A DNA stretch of 64,000 bases from a bacterium (lineage in GTDB: Bacteria; Acidobacteriota; HRBIN11; JAKEFK01), in assembly GCA_022616075.1 (NCBI GenBank), contig JAKEFK010000211.1, positions 14,164-78,163 of the forward strand. The letters run 5' to 3'. The translations under genes were made by a program, and so were the position numbers. This document shows positions 18,369 to 28,391 of this stretch, one piece after another. The notes below the pieces were generated by a model. The model saw nothing but the letters and a program-made list of their open reading frames with translations. It had not been told where the DNA came from and did not search any database. Position 1 is the stretch's first letter. Each line of letters starts with the position of its first letter.

Positions 18369-19527
18369 GAAAATTCTATACATCGAAGCAACTTCCGGAG
18401 TTTCCGGCGACATGCTGCTCGGTGCCCTTTTGGACGCAGGCGTTCCGGTCGAAGTGCTCTCCGAAGCATGGACCGCGCTTGACATCGATAACTACGAAGT
18501 GGAAGTATTTCAAACGCAAAAAAGCGGGATGAATGCGCTACGATGCCGCGTCTCCACTCAGGAAACAAAAGGAGCGAAAACGTGGAAACAGTACCAATTG
18601 CTGCTGGAGAACTCAAAACTGCCGGAAAAGATCCGCCAACAAACGCTTTCTCTCGTGAAACGTCTCTTTGAAATTGAAGCTTCCATCCACGGATCCAGCC
18701 TTCAGAAACTACACCTCCACGAAATGGGTGGAACGGACCTGCTGCTGGACGTCACCGGAACGCTCTCTGCTCTGGATTATCTACAGCCTTCTTTGATCAA
18801 GTCTTCCCCAGTAAATACAGGCTGCGGCTTCCTCACCTTTTCTCACGGTCGCTTTCCGATTCCAGCTCCCGCAACTACTAAGCTATTAGAAGGAATATCA
18901 GTGTTTCAGAATGAAGTGGAAGGAGAATTGACGACACCTACGGGAGCGCTCTTGATCGGCTCGATTGCGAAATCATTCGGTGTGATGCCTGAAATGAAGC
19001 TGGAAAATACCGGAGTGGGAGCAGGTGAAATGGAAATTGCGGGCCATCCAAATGTATTGAGGATTTTTGTTGGAACAGGCGCAGCTCCGGAAGAAGAAAT
19101 TTACATGGTGGAAACGAATCTGGATGATTCTTCTCCTCAAGTTCTCGCTTATTTCATGGAAAAAGCATTTGAACTAGGAGCGCTGGACGTATTCTTTACT
19201 CCCATTTTTATGAAAAAGAACCGGCCGGCGGTTCGTTTAACTCTGCTCGTTTCCTCCGGCTTGCTGGAATCAATGTTGAAACTGTTGTTTTCGGAAACAA
19301 CGGCAATTGGACTTCGCTACTGGAAAGTGGATCGAAAGACTCTGGACCGGCGGTGGAGCAAAATTCAGCTGGGAAAGCAGGAGATCCGCATCAAAGAAAG
19401 TTATCTCAACGGCACTCTCGCAAATTATCAGCCCGAATATGAAGACTGCAAGAAAGCCGCCGAAAGGTTGAATACCCCGGTAAAAGAAGTGATCGCGCAA
19501 GCGATTCACAAATACTTGTCGAAGTAG
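18361..19527 (+). CDS. larC: Nickel pincer cofactor biosynthesis protein LarC
   Basis: SGVSGDMLLGALLD, PAPAT, ELTTPTGA, ETNLDD, MKKNRP, PEYEDC. Confidence 0.9.
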   Translation: MAEKILYIEATSGVSGDMLLGALLDAGVPVEVLSEAWTALDIDNYEVEVFQTQKSGMNALRCRVSTQETKGAKTWKQYQLLLENSKLPEKIRQQTLSLVKRLFEIEASIHGSSLQKLHLHEMGGTDLLLDVTGTLSALDYLQPSLIKSSPVNTGCGFLTFSHGRFPIPAPATTKLLEGISVFQNEVEGELTTPTGALLIGSIAKSFGVMPEMKLENTGVGAGEMEIAGHPNVLRIFVGTGAAPEEEIYMVETNLDDSSPQVLAYFMEKAFELGALDVFFTPIFMKKNRPAVRLTLLVSSGLLESMLKLLFSETTAIGLRYWKVDRKTLDRRWSKIQLGKQEIRIKESYLNGTLANYQPEYEDCKKAAERLNTPVKEVIAQAIHKYLSK

Positions 19528-19733
19528 TGGCAGAGCATTTACTACGCCAAGGGAACAAGCCTCAAGCTCCGCAGGGTTTTGCCCCGCACACCCACTTTCT
19601 AAGAGTAAATGCTCTGCAGCCATTCCGCGGCAAGCAGAGCATTTTCACACCGATAGTGATTTCGAGGAAAAATCAGAGTTTGTTCAACTGGGAATGTGCA
19701 TAACAGGCCGTATGGAAAATGCTCTGCCACTAC
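19524..19733. mobile_element. 210-bp MITE/REPIN-like double-hairpin element, copy 1
   Basis: 17-bp perfect terminal inverted repeat GTAGTGGCAGAGCATTT, plus an internal AAATGCTCTGC / GCAGAGCATTT pair. Homologue at 49630. Confidence 0.8.
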
Positions 19734-20665
19734 AAAGCTGTCCAGATTTCCGGAAGCGGCGCTTCGAGATAGAGATGTTTGCCGGTCATCGGATGATCAA
19801 ACTCAAGTGAAAAAGCGTGAAGACCGAAGAACGCAGTCTGCTTCAAACGATTGCGCAGGGCCGCATCCTGAATCCGGTTCCAGTTTCCTCCACCATATTT
19901 TGCATCTCCAAGAATCGGATGTTTTTCGGAAGAAAGATGCACGCGAATCTGGTGCGTTCGTCCCGTTAGAATTTCAACATCCAGGAGCGAGCCAAAATCA
20001 TAGTTTTGCAGCACCGAGTACAACGTCACGGCCGGTCGCGCTCTTCTTGCACGTACGGATATTTTCTTCCGGTTGGATGGATCTCTTCCTAACGCCTTTT
20101 CAATGCGGCCCTGCTTCCTTTCCATCTGCCCAAAAACTGCCGCTCTGTAATGTTTTCGGATCAACCGATCTTTAAAGAGAGACGTCATTCTCAGGTATGC
20201 TTCCTGCGTTTTTGCAAGCAATAGAATGCCAGAGGTTTCTTTATCCAGGCGATGTACGATTCCCGGCCGGAGTGGATGTCCAACGGTGTGGATACCAGGA
20301 AAGTGATGAAGGGCGGCGTGTACAACCGTGTGATGCCCAACTCCGGCGCCGGGATGCACGACCATATGGGCAGGTTTGTTGATCGCCAGCAGCGCCTGGT
20401 CCTCAAAAAGAATCTCCAACGGAAAATTCCACGGACTCAGCGCTACATCAGCATCTTCTGTGGGTAGATCCAAAACTTCGATCCGGTCCTGATCACGGAG
20501 TCTATAAGAAGCTTTTACCGTTTGATCATTCACATGAACCAAACCGGTCTCAAACCATTTCTGGATTGCTGAGCGACTCTGCTGCGAATATTGTTGCGTC
20601 AGGAAACGATCGATCCTGATTCCCGCGTTCTCAACGGAAATCACGAAAGAGCGGACAGATTTCAC
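19730..20665 (-). CDS. rluD: RluA-family 23S rRNA pseudouridine synthase (RluD-like, S4 domain)
   Basis: RIDRFL, INKPAHMVVHP, HRLDKETSG, TGRTHQIRVH. Confidence 0.92.
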   Translation of the reverse strand: MKSVRSFVISVENAGIRIDRFLTQQYSQQSRSAIQKWFETGLVHVNDQTVKASYRLRDQDRIEVLDLPTEDADVALSPWNFPLEILFEDQALLAINKPAHMVVHPGAGVGHHTVVHAALHHFPGIHTVGHPLRPGIVHRLDKETSGILLLAKTQEAYLRMTSLFKDRLIRKHYRAAVFGQMERKQGRIEKALGRDPSNRKKISVRARRARPAVTLYSVLQNYDFGSLLDVEILTGRTHQIRVHLSSEKHPILGDAKYGGGNWNRIQDAALRNRLKQTAFFGLHAFSLEFDHPMTGKHLYLEAPLPEIWTAL

Positions 20666-21453
20666 TTCGTGACAGCCACTTCCACTTTTTTAACATCTCT
20701 TCGTATCAGGTAAATAACGAAACCGGCCACAAAAGCGAGAATGCTGATCACTTGAGACGTGGAGAGCGGTCCAATAGCGCCCCGGGGATCGCCACGGAAG
20801 AATTCAACGTTGAAGCGAAGAAGGGAATAAATTACGAGATACAAGCTCAACTGCTGACCGGCGAATTTTTTACGATTGTAGAAATATACAAGGAGTCCAA
20901 AGACCAGAATCATCGGTAAAGCTTCGTATAATTGCGCCGCGTGCAAGGGAACGTTTAAAGGTGTTCCTACCTGTTCTGCCGCTTCCGGACGCGTGAAGAT
21001 AACAGCCAGCGGAAATCCAGGAGCTGGTTTTCCCCAGCAACAGCCTGCAAAAAAGCATCCGAACCGTCCAAAAATCTGGCCGAACGCAATTCCCATGACA
21101 AGAACATCGGCGGTTTGCCAAAAATTCATCTTCTTCCGCCGGATATACCAGAGGCTCACCAAAAACGCGAGTATAAAACCGCCATAATAGACGCCACCCA
21201 CCTGGTAAATGGAAAGAAGACGGCTCCAATCCTGGCTGTAATAATCGAAATCAACGATTACCAGAAGCAGTTTGGCTCCCACCAGCGCAGACAAGAAAAT
21301 GTAAACGACCAAATCGGTGATTGCAGAAGTTTCCATCTGCTCACGCTTTGCGTAATGAACCGCGACTCGCATTCCCAACAGAAATGCGATTGCAAGAAAC
21401 AATCCATAAGAATGAATTGTCAGTGGACCAATCTTAAATAAATTCGGATACAT
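20662..21453 (-). CDS. lgt: Prolipoprotein diacylglyceryl transferase
   Basis: HSYGL, GGVYYGG, GRFGCFFAGCCWG, H..QLYE, EFFRGD. ATG 21453 preferred. Confidence 0.94.
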   Translation of the reverse strand: MYPNLFKIGPLTIHSYGLFLAIAFLLGMRVAVHYAKREQMETSAITDLVVYIFLSALVGAKLLLVIVDFDYYSQDWSRLLSIYQVGGVYYGGFILAFLVSLWYIRRKKMNFWQTADVLVMGIAFGQIFGRFGCFFAGCCWGKPAPGFPLAVIFTRPEAAEQVGTPLNVPLHAAQLYEALPMILVFGLLVYFYNRKKFAGQQLSLYLVIYSLLRFNVEFFRGDPRGAIGPLSTSQVISILAFVAGFVIYLIRRDVKKVEVAVTK

Positions 21454-21466
21454 AAACTCTAATTTA

Positions 21467-21537
21467 AACCGCCAAGGTGCCAAGGCGCCAAGAAAACCCA
21501 TAATATAAGAATTTGGCTTCTTGGCGTCTTGGCGGTT
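21467..21537. repeat. Inverted-repeat element with GCCAAG triplet arms
   Basis: AACCGCCAAGGTGCCAAGGCGCCAAG ... TTGGCTTCTTGGCGTCTTGGCGGTT between truB and lgt. Confidence 0.88.
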
Positions 21538-21544
21538 AAGAAAT

Positions 21545-22420
21545 TCATTCGTGGAAGACGATTTTTGGCTTTAATTCTGTTTTCTCTCCGCTTTTTGTCT
21601 GCGCAATGGCGAGCAGTGTGTTGTTTTCATCAAATACTTTTACCCAGTCCTGATCATACTTTTCTTCTACTGCAATCGCGGAACCATTCAAAATCTTTTT
21701 CCCTTGCGAAGCATCTACGGTAAATTGCGGAAAGTCAGACAACATCTGCGCAATCGGGACAAACGAAGCTTTCAATTTTTCGATTGGCGCTTCGGGCGGC
21801 GCGCATTCCTCCAGTGTAAAATTCTTAAATTTCGTGCGCGCTAGCTCATTGACATGCGCACCGCAACGGAGCCTCATTCCCAGTTCCCGAGCCAAGGAAC
21901 GTACGTACGTCCCGGATCCGCAGTGCATGTAGATGACCGCGACATCCTTCTCAAAATGCATCAATCGGATCTCATGAATCTTCACTTTTTGCAAAGGAAG
22001 ATCAGGTTTGATCCCTTTTCGCGCCAGATCATATGCTTTTTTTCCCTGAATTTTTTTCGCTGAAAAAATCGGAGGCTTCTGCTGAATTTCTCCCTGAAAG
22101 GAAGAAATCACTTTTTCGAGCTGTTCTCTGGAAAAACGGATCCTAGTGTAGGGACCTTCCTGTTTTCCCTCCCGGTCGTCTGTTGTTGTAAAAATACCGA
22201 AACGGATTGCCGCAAGATAGCATTTATCAGCGCGCATATAAAAAGGACTGAGTCTTGTCGCTTTTCCAAGACAAACAGGAAAGACACCGGTAGCGATCGG
22301 ATCCAATGTGCCCAGATGCCCTGCTTTATCCACCTGCAACCGTTCCTTCACTCTTTGAACCACGGTGTGAGAAGTGTCCCCTTCCGGCTTGTTGATCAGT
22401 ATTAAACCGTCCCAGTTCAC
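21545..22420 (-). CDS. truB: tRNA pseudouridine(55) synthase
   Basis: NKPEGDTSH, GHLGTLDP.ATG, CGSGTYVRSL. GTG 22420 overlaps the rbfA stop (GTGA). Confidence 0.95.
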   Translation of the reverse strand: MNWDGLILINKPEGDTSHTVVQRVKERLQVDKAGHLGTLDPIATGVFPVCLGKATRLSPFYMRADKCYLAAIRFGIFTTTDDREGKQEGPYTRIRFSREQLEKVISSFQGEIQQKPPIFSAKKIQGKKAYDLARKGIKPDLPLQKVKIHEIRLMHFEKDVAVIYMHCGSGTYVRSLARELGMRLRCGAHVNELARTKFKNFTLEECAPPEAPIEKLKASFVPIAQMLSDFPQFTVDASQGKKILNGSAIAVEEKYDQDWVKVFDENNTLLAIAQTKSGEKTELKPKIVFHE

Positions 22421-22770
22421 GATTCCGGTTCCTCTTTTTTCACACTCTTCAAAAGTTCTTCGATGTGTTGCGAATACTCTGCCCCGACATCCGCTTGAAA
22501 TTGCAACGAGGGAATGTATTTCAAATTGAGCTTGCCGAGTTCCCGCCGGAAAAATCCACCGGCTGAATTGAGAGCTTTGACGCATTGCTCTTTGTGCTCC
22601 GGCGTACCCAGCACACTTACGTAGACGCGGGCATGTCTGTAATCCGGACTCAACGATACATTGGTGATATTACACAAAGAGAGCCGTGGGTCCTGCATTT
22701 TTTGAAAAAGAATGGAGGAGATTTCTTCTTTCAAAAGGTCGGAAAGCCTTTCTTGACGGCGGCGTGTCAT
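22417..22770 (-). CDS. rbfA: Ribosome-binding factor A
   Basis: DPRL, VSLSPDYRHARVYVS; position after infB. Confidence 0.95.
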   Translation of the reverse strand: MTRRRQERLSDLLKEEISSILFQKMQDPRLSLCNITNVSLSPDYRHARVYVSVLGTPEHKEQCVKALNSAGGFFRRELGKLNLKYIPSLQFQADVGAEYSQHIEELLKSVKKEEPES

Positions 22771-22785
22771 CGCCTTGATCCTTTC

Positions 22786-25110
22786 CTATTCCAGATGGCG
22801 CGCTATTCTTTCAATCGTGAAAGCCTCGATGTAGTCGCCGATCTTAATATCGTTATAATTCTCAAGACCAACACCGCATTCAAATCCTTCTTTCACTTCG
22901 CTGGCATCTTCCTTAAATCGCCTCAAAGAGCTAATTTTACCTTCGTAGATTACGACGTTATCCCGGACCAAACGGACCTGCGCGTTCCGGTTTAATTTTC
23001 CTGAAACAATGTAACTCCCGGCGACTGTTCCCACTTTTGGTATCCTGAAAGTATCACGCACTTCGGCGGTTCCCAGAAATACTTCCTTGATTGTGGGTCG
23101 CAACAATCCCGATAGCGCGCTCTTAATTTCATCGACGACGGAATAAATCACGGTGTAGGTACGGATGTCGACTTTTTCCTTTTCCGCAAGTTCGCGCGCT
23201 TTCGGTTCAGGACGAACGTTATAAGCGACAATAATTGCGTTGGATGCGGATGCGAGCAACACATCACTGGAAGTGACGGCGCCTGTCCCGCTGTGAATCA
23301 TTCTAATTTTTACTTCTTCTGTGCCAAGCTTTGTCAAAGTGTCCTTCATGACTTCAATCGAACCCTGCACATCAGCTTTCACAATCACCGGAAGCTCCCG
23401 GATTTCACCCTGCTGGATTTTGCTGAAGAGTTGATCGAGTGATAAACGGGAAGTTGAGGCGGCTGCAAGTTCTTTCGCTCTGGCCTGTCGGAAAGCGACA
23501 ATACTTCGTGCTTTAAATTCGTCCTTGAAGACCTGAAAAGCGTCCCCTGCTTGTGGAACACCTTGCGAGCCCAGGACTTCCACGGGATTGCCGGGCGTTG
23601 CTTCCTTCATTTTTGCGCCGCGATCGTCAAACATCGCGCGGACACGTCCCATCACTGCTCCCACGACATAAACGTCTCCGGCTTTTAAAGTTCCATTCTG
23701 CACAAGCACTGTTGCGGCAGGGCCGCGACTCTTGTCCAAACGCGCTTCAAGAACTGTTCCTGCAGCAAGACGATTCGGACTCGATTTCAAATCCAGGATG
23801 TCGGCAACCAGTAAAATCATTTCGAGGAGTGTCGGAATGTTCGTTCTCTTGCGCGCTGAAATCTCCACACAAACTGTATCGCCGCCATATTCTTCGATCA
23901 GTATCTCGTGATCAGCCAGTTGCCGTTTGATCCGGTCCGGATTCGCATCAGGCTTGTCAATTTTGTTGATCGCTACAATGATGGGAACCTTGGCGGCCTT
24001 TGCGTGATCGATGGCTTCGAGAGTTTGCGGCATCACTCCATCGTCAGCCGCAACCACGAGCACTACGATGTCGGTGACCTGCGCGCCCCGCGCGCGCATC
24101 CGCGTAAACGCCTCATGGCCCGGTGTGTCGATGAAGGTGATTCCGCGCTGTCCGACCCTTACCTGATAGGCGCCAATATGCTGCGTAATTCCTCCCGACT
24201 CGCCTCCCGCCACGTTGGTCTCACGAATCGCATCCAGCAAAGATGTTTTCCCATGATCGACGTGGCCCATGATCGTCACAACGGGAGGACGAGTTACTAA
24301 TACAGTAGAAGCTTCGTCGGTTTCCTGTTCCTTCGCGACGGCTTCTTCATAGCTCGTAACGTTCACATCGAATCCAAAATCGGACGCAAGCTGTTCGGCA
24401 AGTTTTAAATCGATGTTTTGATTTATGTTTGCAAGGATGCCACGGTCCAGCAATTTTTTGAGCACCAGCTTTGACATGATGCCCATCTTCTGGGCAAGAT
24501 CCTTTACGGCAATATTTTCGCTGATCTGGATTTTCGGACGCTCCACAACCGGCGCAGACACAACAGCCACCGCTGCTGGAGCGGGTGGCGGTGGCGCCGT
24601 AAGTTGCTCCAGCTCTTCATCGCTTATGGTGGGAGGAGCAGGCGGGAGCGGCTCGCGAAGAGATGGTTCGGAAGGCCTGTCCGCCACAGCCACCACCGCC
24701 TCGGCGGATGGCTTTGCAACTTTCGGATGATCTGCTGTGCTTCTTCGTTTTGCTTCTTTTACCGGTTGCCGCGGCACCTCGCGCACTGGCTCTTTCGGAG
24801 CAGCCTCCTTCGCAACTTTTTTCTTGCCTTTCTCAACAACCGGCGCTTCTACCTTCGGAGCAGGAACAACCGCCACCGGTTTGGGAGTCTCTTCTTCCAA
24901 TTCCGGCTCTTCTACAACTTCCTCATCCTTATGCGCAACTTCTGCGCGCTTCGCATAAGGCTCCAGATAACGCCGGATTTTGGGAACCAACTCGTCTTCA
25001 ATGCTGCTCGTATGATGTTTCCCTTCAATCCCGAGTTTTTCCAGAACCGCTATGATTTCATGAGCGGACCGGTTCATTTCTTTTGCGATCTGATAAACGC
25101 GTAATTTCAT
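22786..25110 (-). CDS. infB: Translation initiation factor IF-2
   Basis: [32 protein letters not shown]. Confidence 0.98.
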   Translation of the reverse strand: MKLRVYQIAKEMNRSAHEIIAVLEKLGIEGKHHTSSIEDELVPKIRRYLEPYAKRAEVAHKDEEVVEEPELEEETPKPVAVVPAPKVEAPVVEKGKKKVAKEAAPKEPVREVPRQPVKEAKRRSTADHPKVAKPSAEAVVAVADRPSEPSLREPLPPAPPTISDEELEQLTAPPPPAPAAVAVVSAPVVERPKIQISENIAVKDLAQKMGIMSKLVLKKLLDRGILANINQNIDLKLAEQLASDFGFDVNVTSYEEAVAKEQETDEASTVLVTRPPVVTIMGHVDHGKTSLLDAIRETNVAGGESGGITQHIGAYQVRVGQRGITFIDTPGHEAFTRMRARGAQVTDIVVLVVAADDGVMPQTLEAIDHAKAAKVPIIVAINKIDKPDANPDRIKRQLADHEILIEEYGGDTVCVEISARKRTNIPTLLEMILLVADILDLKSSPNRLAAGTVLEARLDKSRGPAATVLVQNGTLKAGDVYVVGAVMGRVRAMFDDRGAKMKEATPGNPVEVLGSQGVPQAGDAFQVFKDEFKARSIVAFRQARAKELAAASTSRLSLDQLFSKIQQGEIRELPVIVKADVQGSIEVMKDTLTKLGTEEVKIRMIHSGTGAVTSSDVLLASASNAIIVAYNVRPEPKARELAEKEKVDIRTYTVIYSVVDEIKSALSGLLRPTIKEVFLGTAEVRDTFRIPKVGTVAGSYIVSGKLNRNAQVRLVRDNVVIYEGKISSLRRFKEDASEVKEGFECGVGLENYNDIKIGDYIEAFTIERIARHLE

Positions 25111-25116
25111 GCTTGA

Positions 25117-26385
25117 CTACTTTGCTGCCACCTGTGAATTTACGAAATCCTGAATCTCCTGATACAAACGCTCCGCCGTTTCCGGCTCAAGAGATGGAAT
25201 TTCTGAAGCAGCCTGGATCTGCTTCATCTTTTCAAGATTGTTCCAGCCTCCCGATTCTAGTGCTTGAAGAGCCTTTTCCCCAAGTTCGGGATGCTGTGTG
25301 ATTTTACTTCGAAACGCTTCCAAACGGGCGTTATTCTCCGCCAGCTCTTTTTTCTTTTCATCCTGGCTCTTGATATCGATTTTCCAACCGGTCAGTTTGG
25401 ATGCAAGCCGTACGTTCTGCCCTTTTTTCCCGATCGCGAGTGAAAGCTGATCGTTATCAACAACGATTTCCAGTCTTTTCTCTTTATCATCGACCATTCC
25501 CACCTGAGCCACTTTTGCCGGTTTGAGGGCATTGGAAGCAAGCTTGATAATATCATCGGACCATTCAATGATATCGATCCTTTCTCCATGCAGTTCGTTG
25601 ATCACGGATTGGACTCGCGTTCCCTTGATACCGACGCAAGCGCCTACCGGATCAATCTCTTTGTGTGTTGTCGCCACAGCTATCTTCGAACGATCACCGG
25701 CTTCGCGCACGGCAGCTTTGATGGTAATCGTGCCTTCGTAGATTTCAGGAATTTCTGATTCGAACACTCGAGTCAGTAACCGTATGTCCGTGCGTGACAG
25801 AACGATTTGCGGATCATTGGAAAAACGATGCACGCGGACAATCACTGCACGAATCCGATCTCCCCGTGAATACTGTTCGACACCAGACTGCTGGGACTTA
25901 GGCAGAATCGCTTCAACGGTGCCCAGATCAACGATGAGATCCCCTTTCTCCGAATTCTTAACGATACCGTTGAGGAGTTCTCCGACACGATTGGAGTATT
26001 CATCGTAGACTTTCTTCCGCTCCGCTTCCTTCACTCGCTGAAAAATGATCTGCTTGGCTGTTTGAGCATCAATTCTTCCCAGCGGACGGCTGGATAAAAG
26101 AAGATTGACGCGATCTCCCGGTTTTGCTTCCGGATTCAACGCAAGCGCTTTCTCCATTTCGATTTCTGTTTCCGGATCACCGACCACTTCCACAACGAGC
26201 TTTTGAAGCAAGAGTTCGACTTGACCTGTCGCGCGATTCAAACGCGCGATCAGGTTCTCCTGATTCTTGTAATGCTTTCTCGCAGTCGTCAGAATTGCAT
26301 CTTCAATCGCGTGAACGATTTCATCAGGATTGATCCCTTTTTCGCGACTGATCTGCTCAATTTGATAGATGAGTTCGTTACTCAT
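25117..26385 (-). CDS. nusA: Transcription termination/antitermination factor NusA
   Basis: REAGDRSKIAV, IDPVGACVG, LSLAIGKKGQNVRLA. Confidence 0.98.
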   Translation of the reverse strand: MSNELIYQIEQISREKGINPDEIVHAIEDAILTTARKHYKNQENLIARLNRATGQVELLLQKLVVEVVGDPETEIEMEKALALNPEAKPGDRVNLLLSSRPLGRIDAQTAKQIIFQRVKEAERKKVYDEYSNRVGELLNGIVKNSEKGDLIVDLGTVEAILPKSQQSGVEQYSRGDRIRAVIVRVHRFSNDPQIVLSRTDIRLLTRVFESEIPEIYEGTITIKAAVREAGDRSKIAVATTHKEIDPVGACVGIKGTRVQSVINELHGERIDIIEWSDDIIKLASNALKPAKVAQVGMVDDKEKRLEIVVDNDQLSLAIGKKGQNVRLASKLTGWKIDIKSQDEKKKELAENNARLEAFRSKITQHPELGEKALQALESGGWNNLEKMKQIQAASEIPSLEPETAERLYQEIQDFVNSQVAAK

Positions 26386-26387
26386 TG

Positions 26388-26870
26388 TTATTTCCGTTTC
26401 CTGTTCTTTTTCGGCTGACCAAGAATTACGTCCTGAACAGCTCGTTTGACCATGCTCCGGGGAATATTTCTCGGCCTTCCACCTTCCTCAAGAATCACTT
26501 CCTCTTCGGTCGTCTCAAGCAATTTCCCGGTTACGCTTTCCATCTTTCCCTGCTCATCCATCAGACTCAACTTCAGTATTCTGCCAATCGCTCGTCGATA
26601 ATCGCGGTCGGTTTGCAACGGCCGATCCAGCCCGGGTGAACTCACTTCCAGCACATAAGCGCTCTTCAGCAAGTCTTTTACGTCTAGAACCGCGCCGAGT
26701 TGCCGGCTAACATTCTCACAGTCGTTTAAAGTAACTCCACCTTCCTTGTCAATATAAATGCGTAACAAACTACGGTTTCTCCCCGGTTTAAACTCGATAT
26801 CCACAAGATCTATGCCCTCCGACTCAACGATCCGTGTCGCAATTTCTTGAATTTCATTGAGGGAAGTCAA
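26388..26870 (-). CDS. rimP: Ribosome maturation factor RimP
   Basis: LRIYIDKEGGVTLNDC, YVLEVSSPGLDRPL. TTG 26870 chosen (GAGGA upstream); start is uncertain. Confidence 0.93.
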   Translation of the reverse strand: MTSLNEIQEIATRIVESEGIDLVDIEFKPGRNRSLLRIYIDKEGGVTLNDCENVSRQLGAVLDVKDLLKSAYVLEVSSPGLDRPLQTDRDYRRAIGRILKLSLMDEQGKMESVTGKLLETTEEEVILEEGGRPRNIPRSMVKRAVQDVILGQPKKNRKRK

Positions 26871-26883
26871 AAAATCCTCGCAA

Positions 26884-26913
26884 CAAAAAATAAAGTGGGC
26901 ATGTAGCCCACTT
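26884..26913 (-). terminator. Intrinsic-terminator-like attenuator hairpin in the rimP leader
   Basis: AAGTGGGC-TACAT-GCCCACTT followed by TATTTTTT on the minus strand, between the promoter and rimP. Confidence 0.7.
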
Positions 26914-26937
26914 ACAGGCATTCTGATTGGAAGTGTA

Positions 26938-26966
26938 ATTATACTTTTGCATTCCCTAAAAAGCAA
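26938..26966 (-). promoter_or_regulatory. Sigma70-type promoter of the rimP-nusA-infB operon
   Basis: TTGCTT-N17-TATAAT on the minus strand. Confidence 0.7.
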
Positions 26967-27126
26967 ACCATCGCAGGCATTTTGCCAACGCAACTTGACA
27001 CAGCTAAGTTCCTGAAATGGAAGCAGAAACGGATCGCTGGCAATCTTTGCTTTGGCGTTCCCTTGTCTGTAAGACGAGCGCGTGCTGGCTCTCCCTTTGC
27101 AGTGCCGAAGAGCAGGAGGAAAGCAA

Positions 27127-27510
27127 ATGTCGTTGAACAAAATACTTTTGCTCGGTCATTTAGGATCAGATCCCGAAGTGCGCTATCTGCCATCCGGAAA
27201 GCAAACCGCTCAGTTCCGCATGGCAACCAATAGAAGGTACAAGTTAGAAGGACAAATCCGCGATGAAACGGAATGGTTTCAAGTCGTTGCATTTGGACGA
27301 CTCGCGGAAATCTGTGGCGAATTCCTGAAGAAAGGGAGACAGGTTTTCATTGAGGGAAGAATGCATACACGTAACTGGACTGATGGGACTGGCCAGAAAC
27401 ATTACCGGACGGAGGTGGTGGCGGAAGGGATGCGTCTGATCGGCAAATTGAATGGATCAGAGCGACCCAAGGAGGTTCAAGGAGAAGACTCGGATCCTGA
27501 GCCATTCTGA
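27127..27510 (+). CDS. ssb: Single-stranded DNA-binding protein (short form)
   Basis: LNKILLLGHLGSDPEVRY, TEW, KKGRQVFIEGR, acidic tail ending DPEPF; AGGAGG RBS. Confidence 0.95.
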   Translation: MSLNKILLLGHLGSDPEVRYLPSGKQTAQFRMATNRRYKLEGQIRDETEWFQVVAFGRLAEICGEFLKKGRQVFIEGRMHTRNWTDGTGQKHYRTEVVAEGMRLIGKLNGSERPKEVQGEDSDPEPF

Positions 27511-27659
27511 CTATTGAAGATTGCCAAGTCAATTATTACGGCGAAAGCACGGGCTTGAAATACCGCAGATTGCAAATTTGCTTGTTGCATGCCTCTTAAA
27601 GCGATCCACGACAAACACTTTGAAGTTTGCAATTTAGATTTTGCAATACACTATGCAAT

Positions 27660-28391
27660 ATGCAAGCTGCAATATTCAATAGATTTCTGGCGGGCGCGCG
27701 CATGATCTTTGCCTGCTCCTTCATCGCTGTTTACTTGATCATCGTGGGGATACCGGTTCTCAGCTACTGCCGGATCATGGGGAATCCGCGACTGGCTCTT
27801 TATTTGACAAAAGTGCTGGACCAAATGGTTCTCTTTCTGGGCGGAATTCGATTGAAAGTGCGCGGACTGGAGAAACTGGATCACAATCGTGGCTATGTCT
27901 ATGTGGGGAATCATAGAAGTCATGTGGACGGCGCAGCGGTTTTCCGGACCGTGCCCGGAGATGTCAGGTTCCTGATTAAGAAGGAAGCTTTCCGTATTCC
28001 TCTGGTATCTTTTGCGTTAAGCACAATGGGAATGATCGAAGTAGACCGGTCCAATCCGGAAGCTTCTTCGCGAAGCATTGACCGCGCTGTTTCAGAAATC
28101 CGATCAGGCCATTCGGTGATTCTTTTTCCGGAGGGCACACGGAGCCGGCAATCGAACATGCTTCCATTCAAAAAGGGAGCATTTGTCCTGGCAATCAAAT
28201 CTCAAGCGCCGGTAGTTCCCTTTACTTTGATTGGCGCGGAGCAGGCATTACCGCCGGACACAATTCTCCTATATGGAGGAGAGGTCGAGTTAATTTTTCA
28301 CGATCCTATTGAAACAACCGGACTCAGTCTGGAAAACCGTGAGCAGTTGTTGCAACAAGCCCAAACCCGCGTAAATTCGGCTCTTTTTTGA
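27660..28391 (+). CDS. plsC: 1-acyl-sn-glycerol-3-phosphate acyltransferase
   Basis: NHRSHVD (HX4D) and FPEGTRS motifs; start uncertain. Confidence 0.9.
   Translation: MQAAIFNRFLAGARMIFACSFIAVYLIIVGIPVLSYCRIMGNPRLALYLTKVLDQMVLFLGGIRLKVRGLEKLDHNRGYVYVGNHRSHVDGAAVFRTVPGDVRFLIKKEAFRIPLVSFALSTMGMIEVDRSNPEASSRSIDRAVSEIRSGHSVILFPEGTRSRQSNMLPFKKGAFVLAIKSQAPVVPFTLIGAEQALPPDTILLYGGEVELIFHDPIETTGLSLENREQLLQQAQTRVNSALF

Noticed and set aside
19696-20175. 159-aa plus-strand ORF and the many other 60-190 aa ORFs overlapping assigned genes
   Set aside because: They lie antisense or out of frame within well-supported genes and have no family motifs; treated as shadow ORFs.
26990-27120. Possible structured leader or riboswitch upstream of ssb (CTTGTCT-GTA-AGACGAG hairpin)
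   Set aside because: Only small hairpins, with no recognisable aptamer core or terminator and no second copy to support covariation.
26871-27140. Long N-terminal extensions given by the ORF track for rimP (and similarly truB 22585, ubiD 402, lgt 21501, DUF4412 5587)
   Set aside because: The extensions run through promoters, terminators, repeats or neighbouring genes; downstream starts fit RBS position and family N-termini better.
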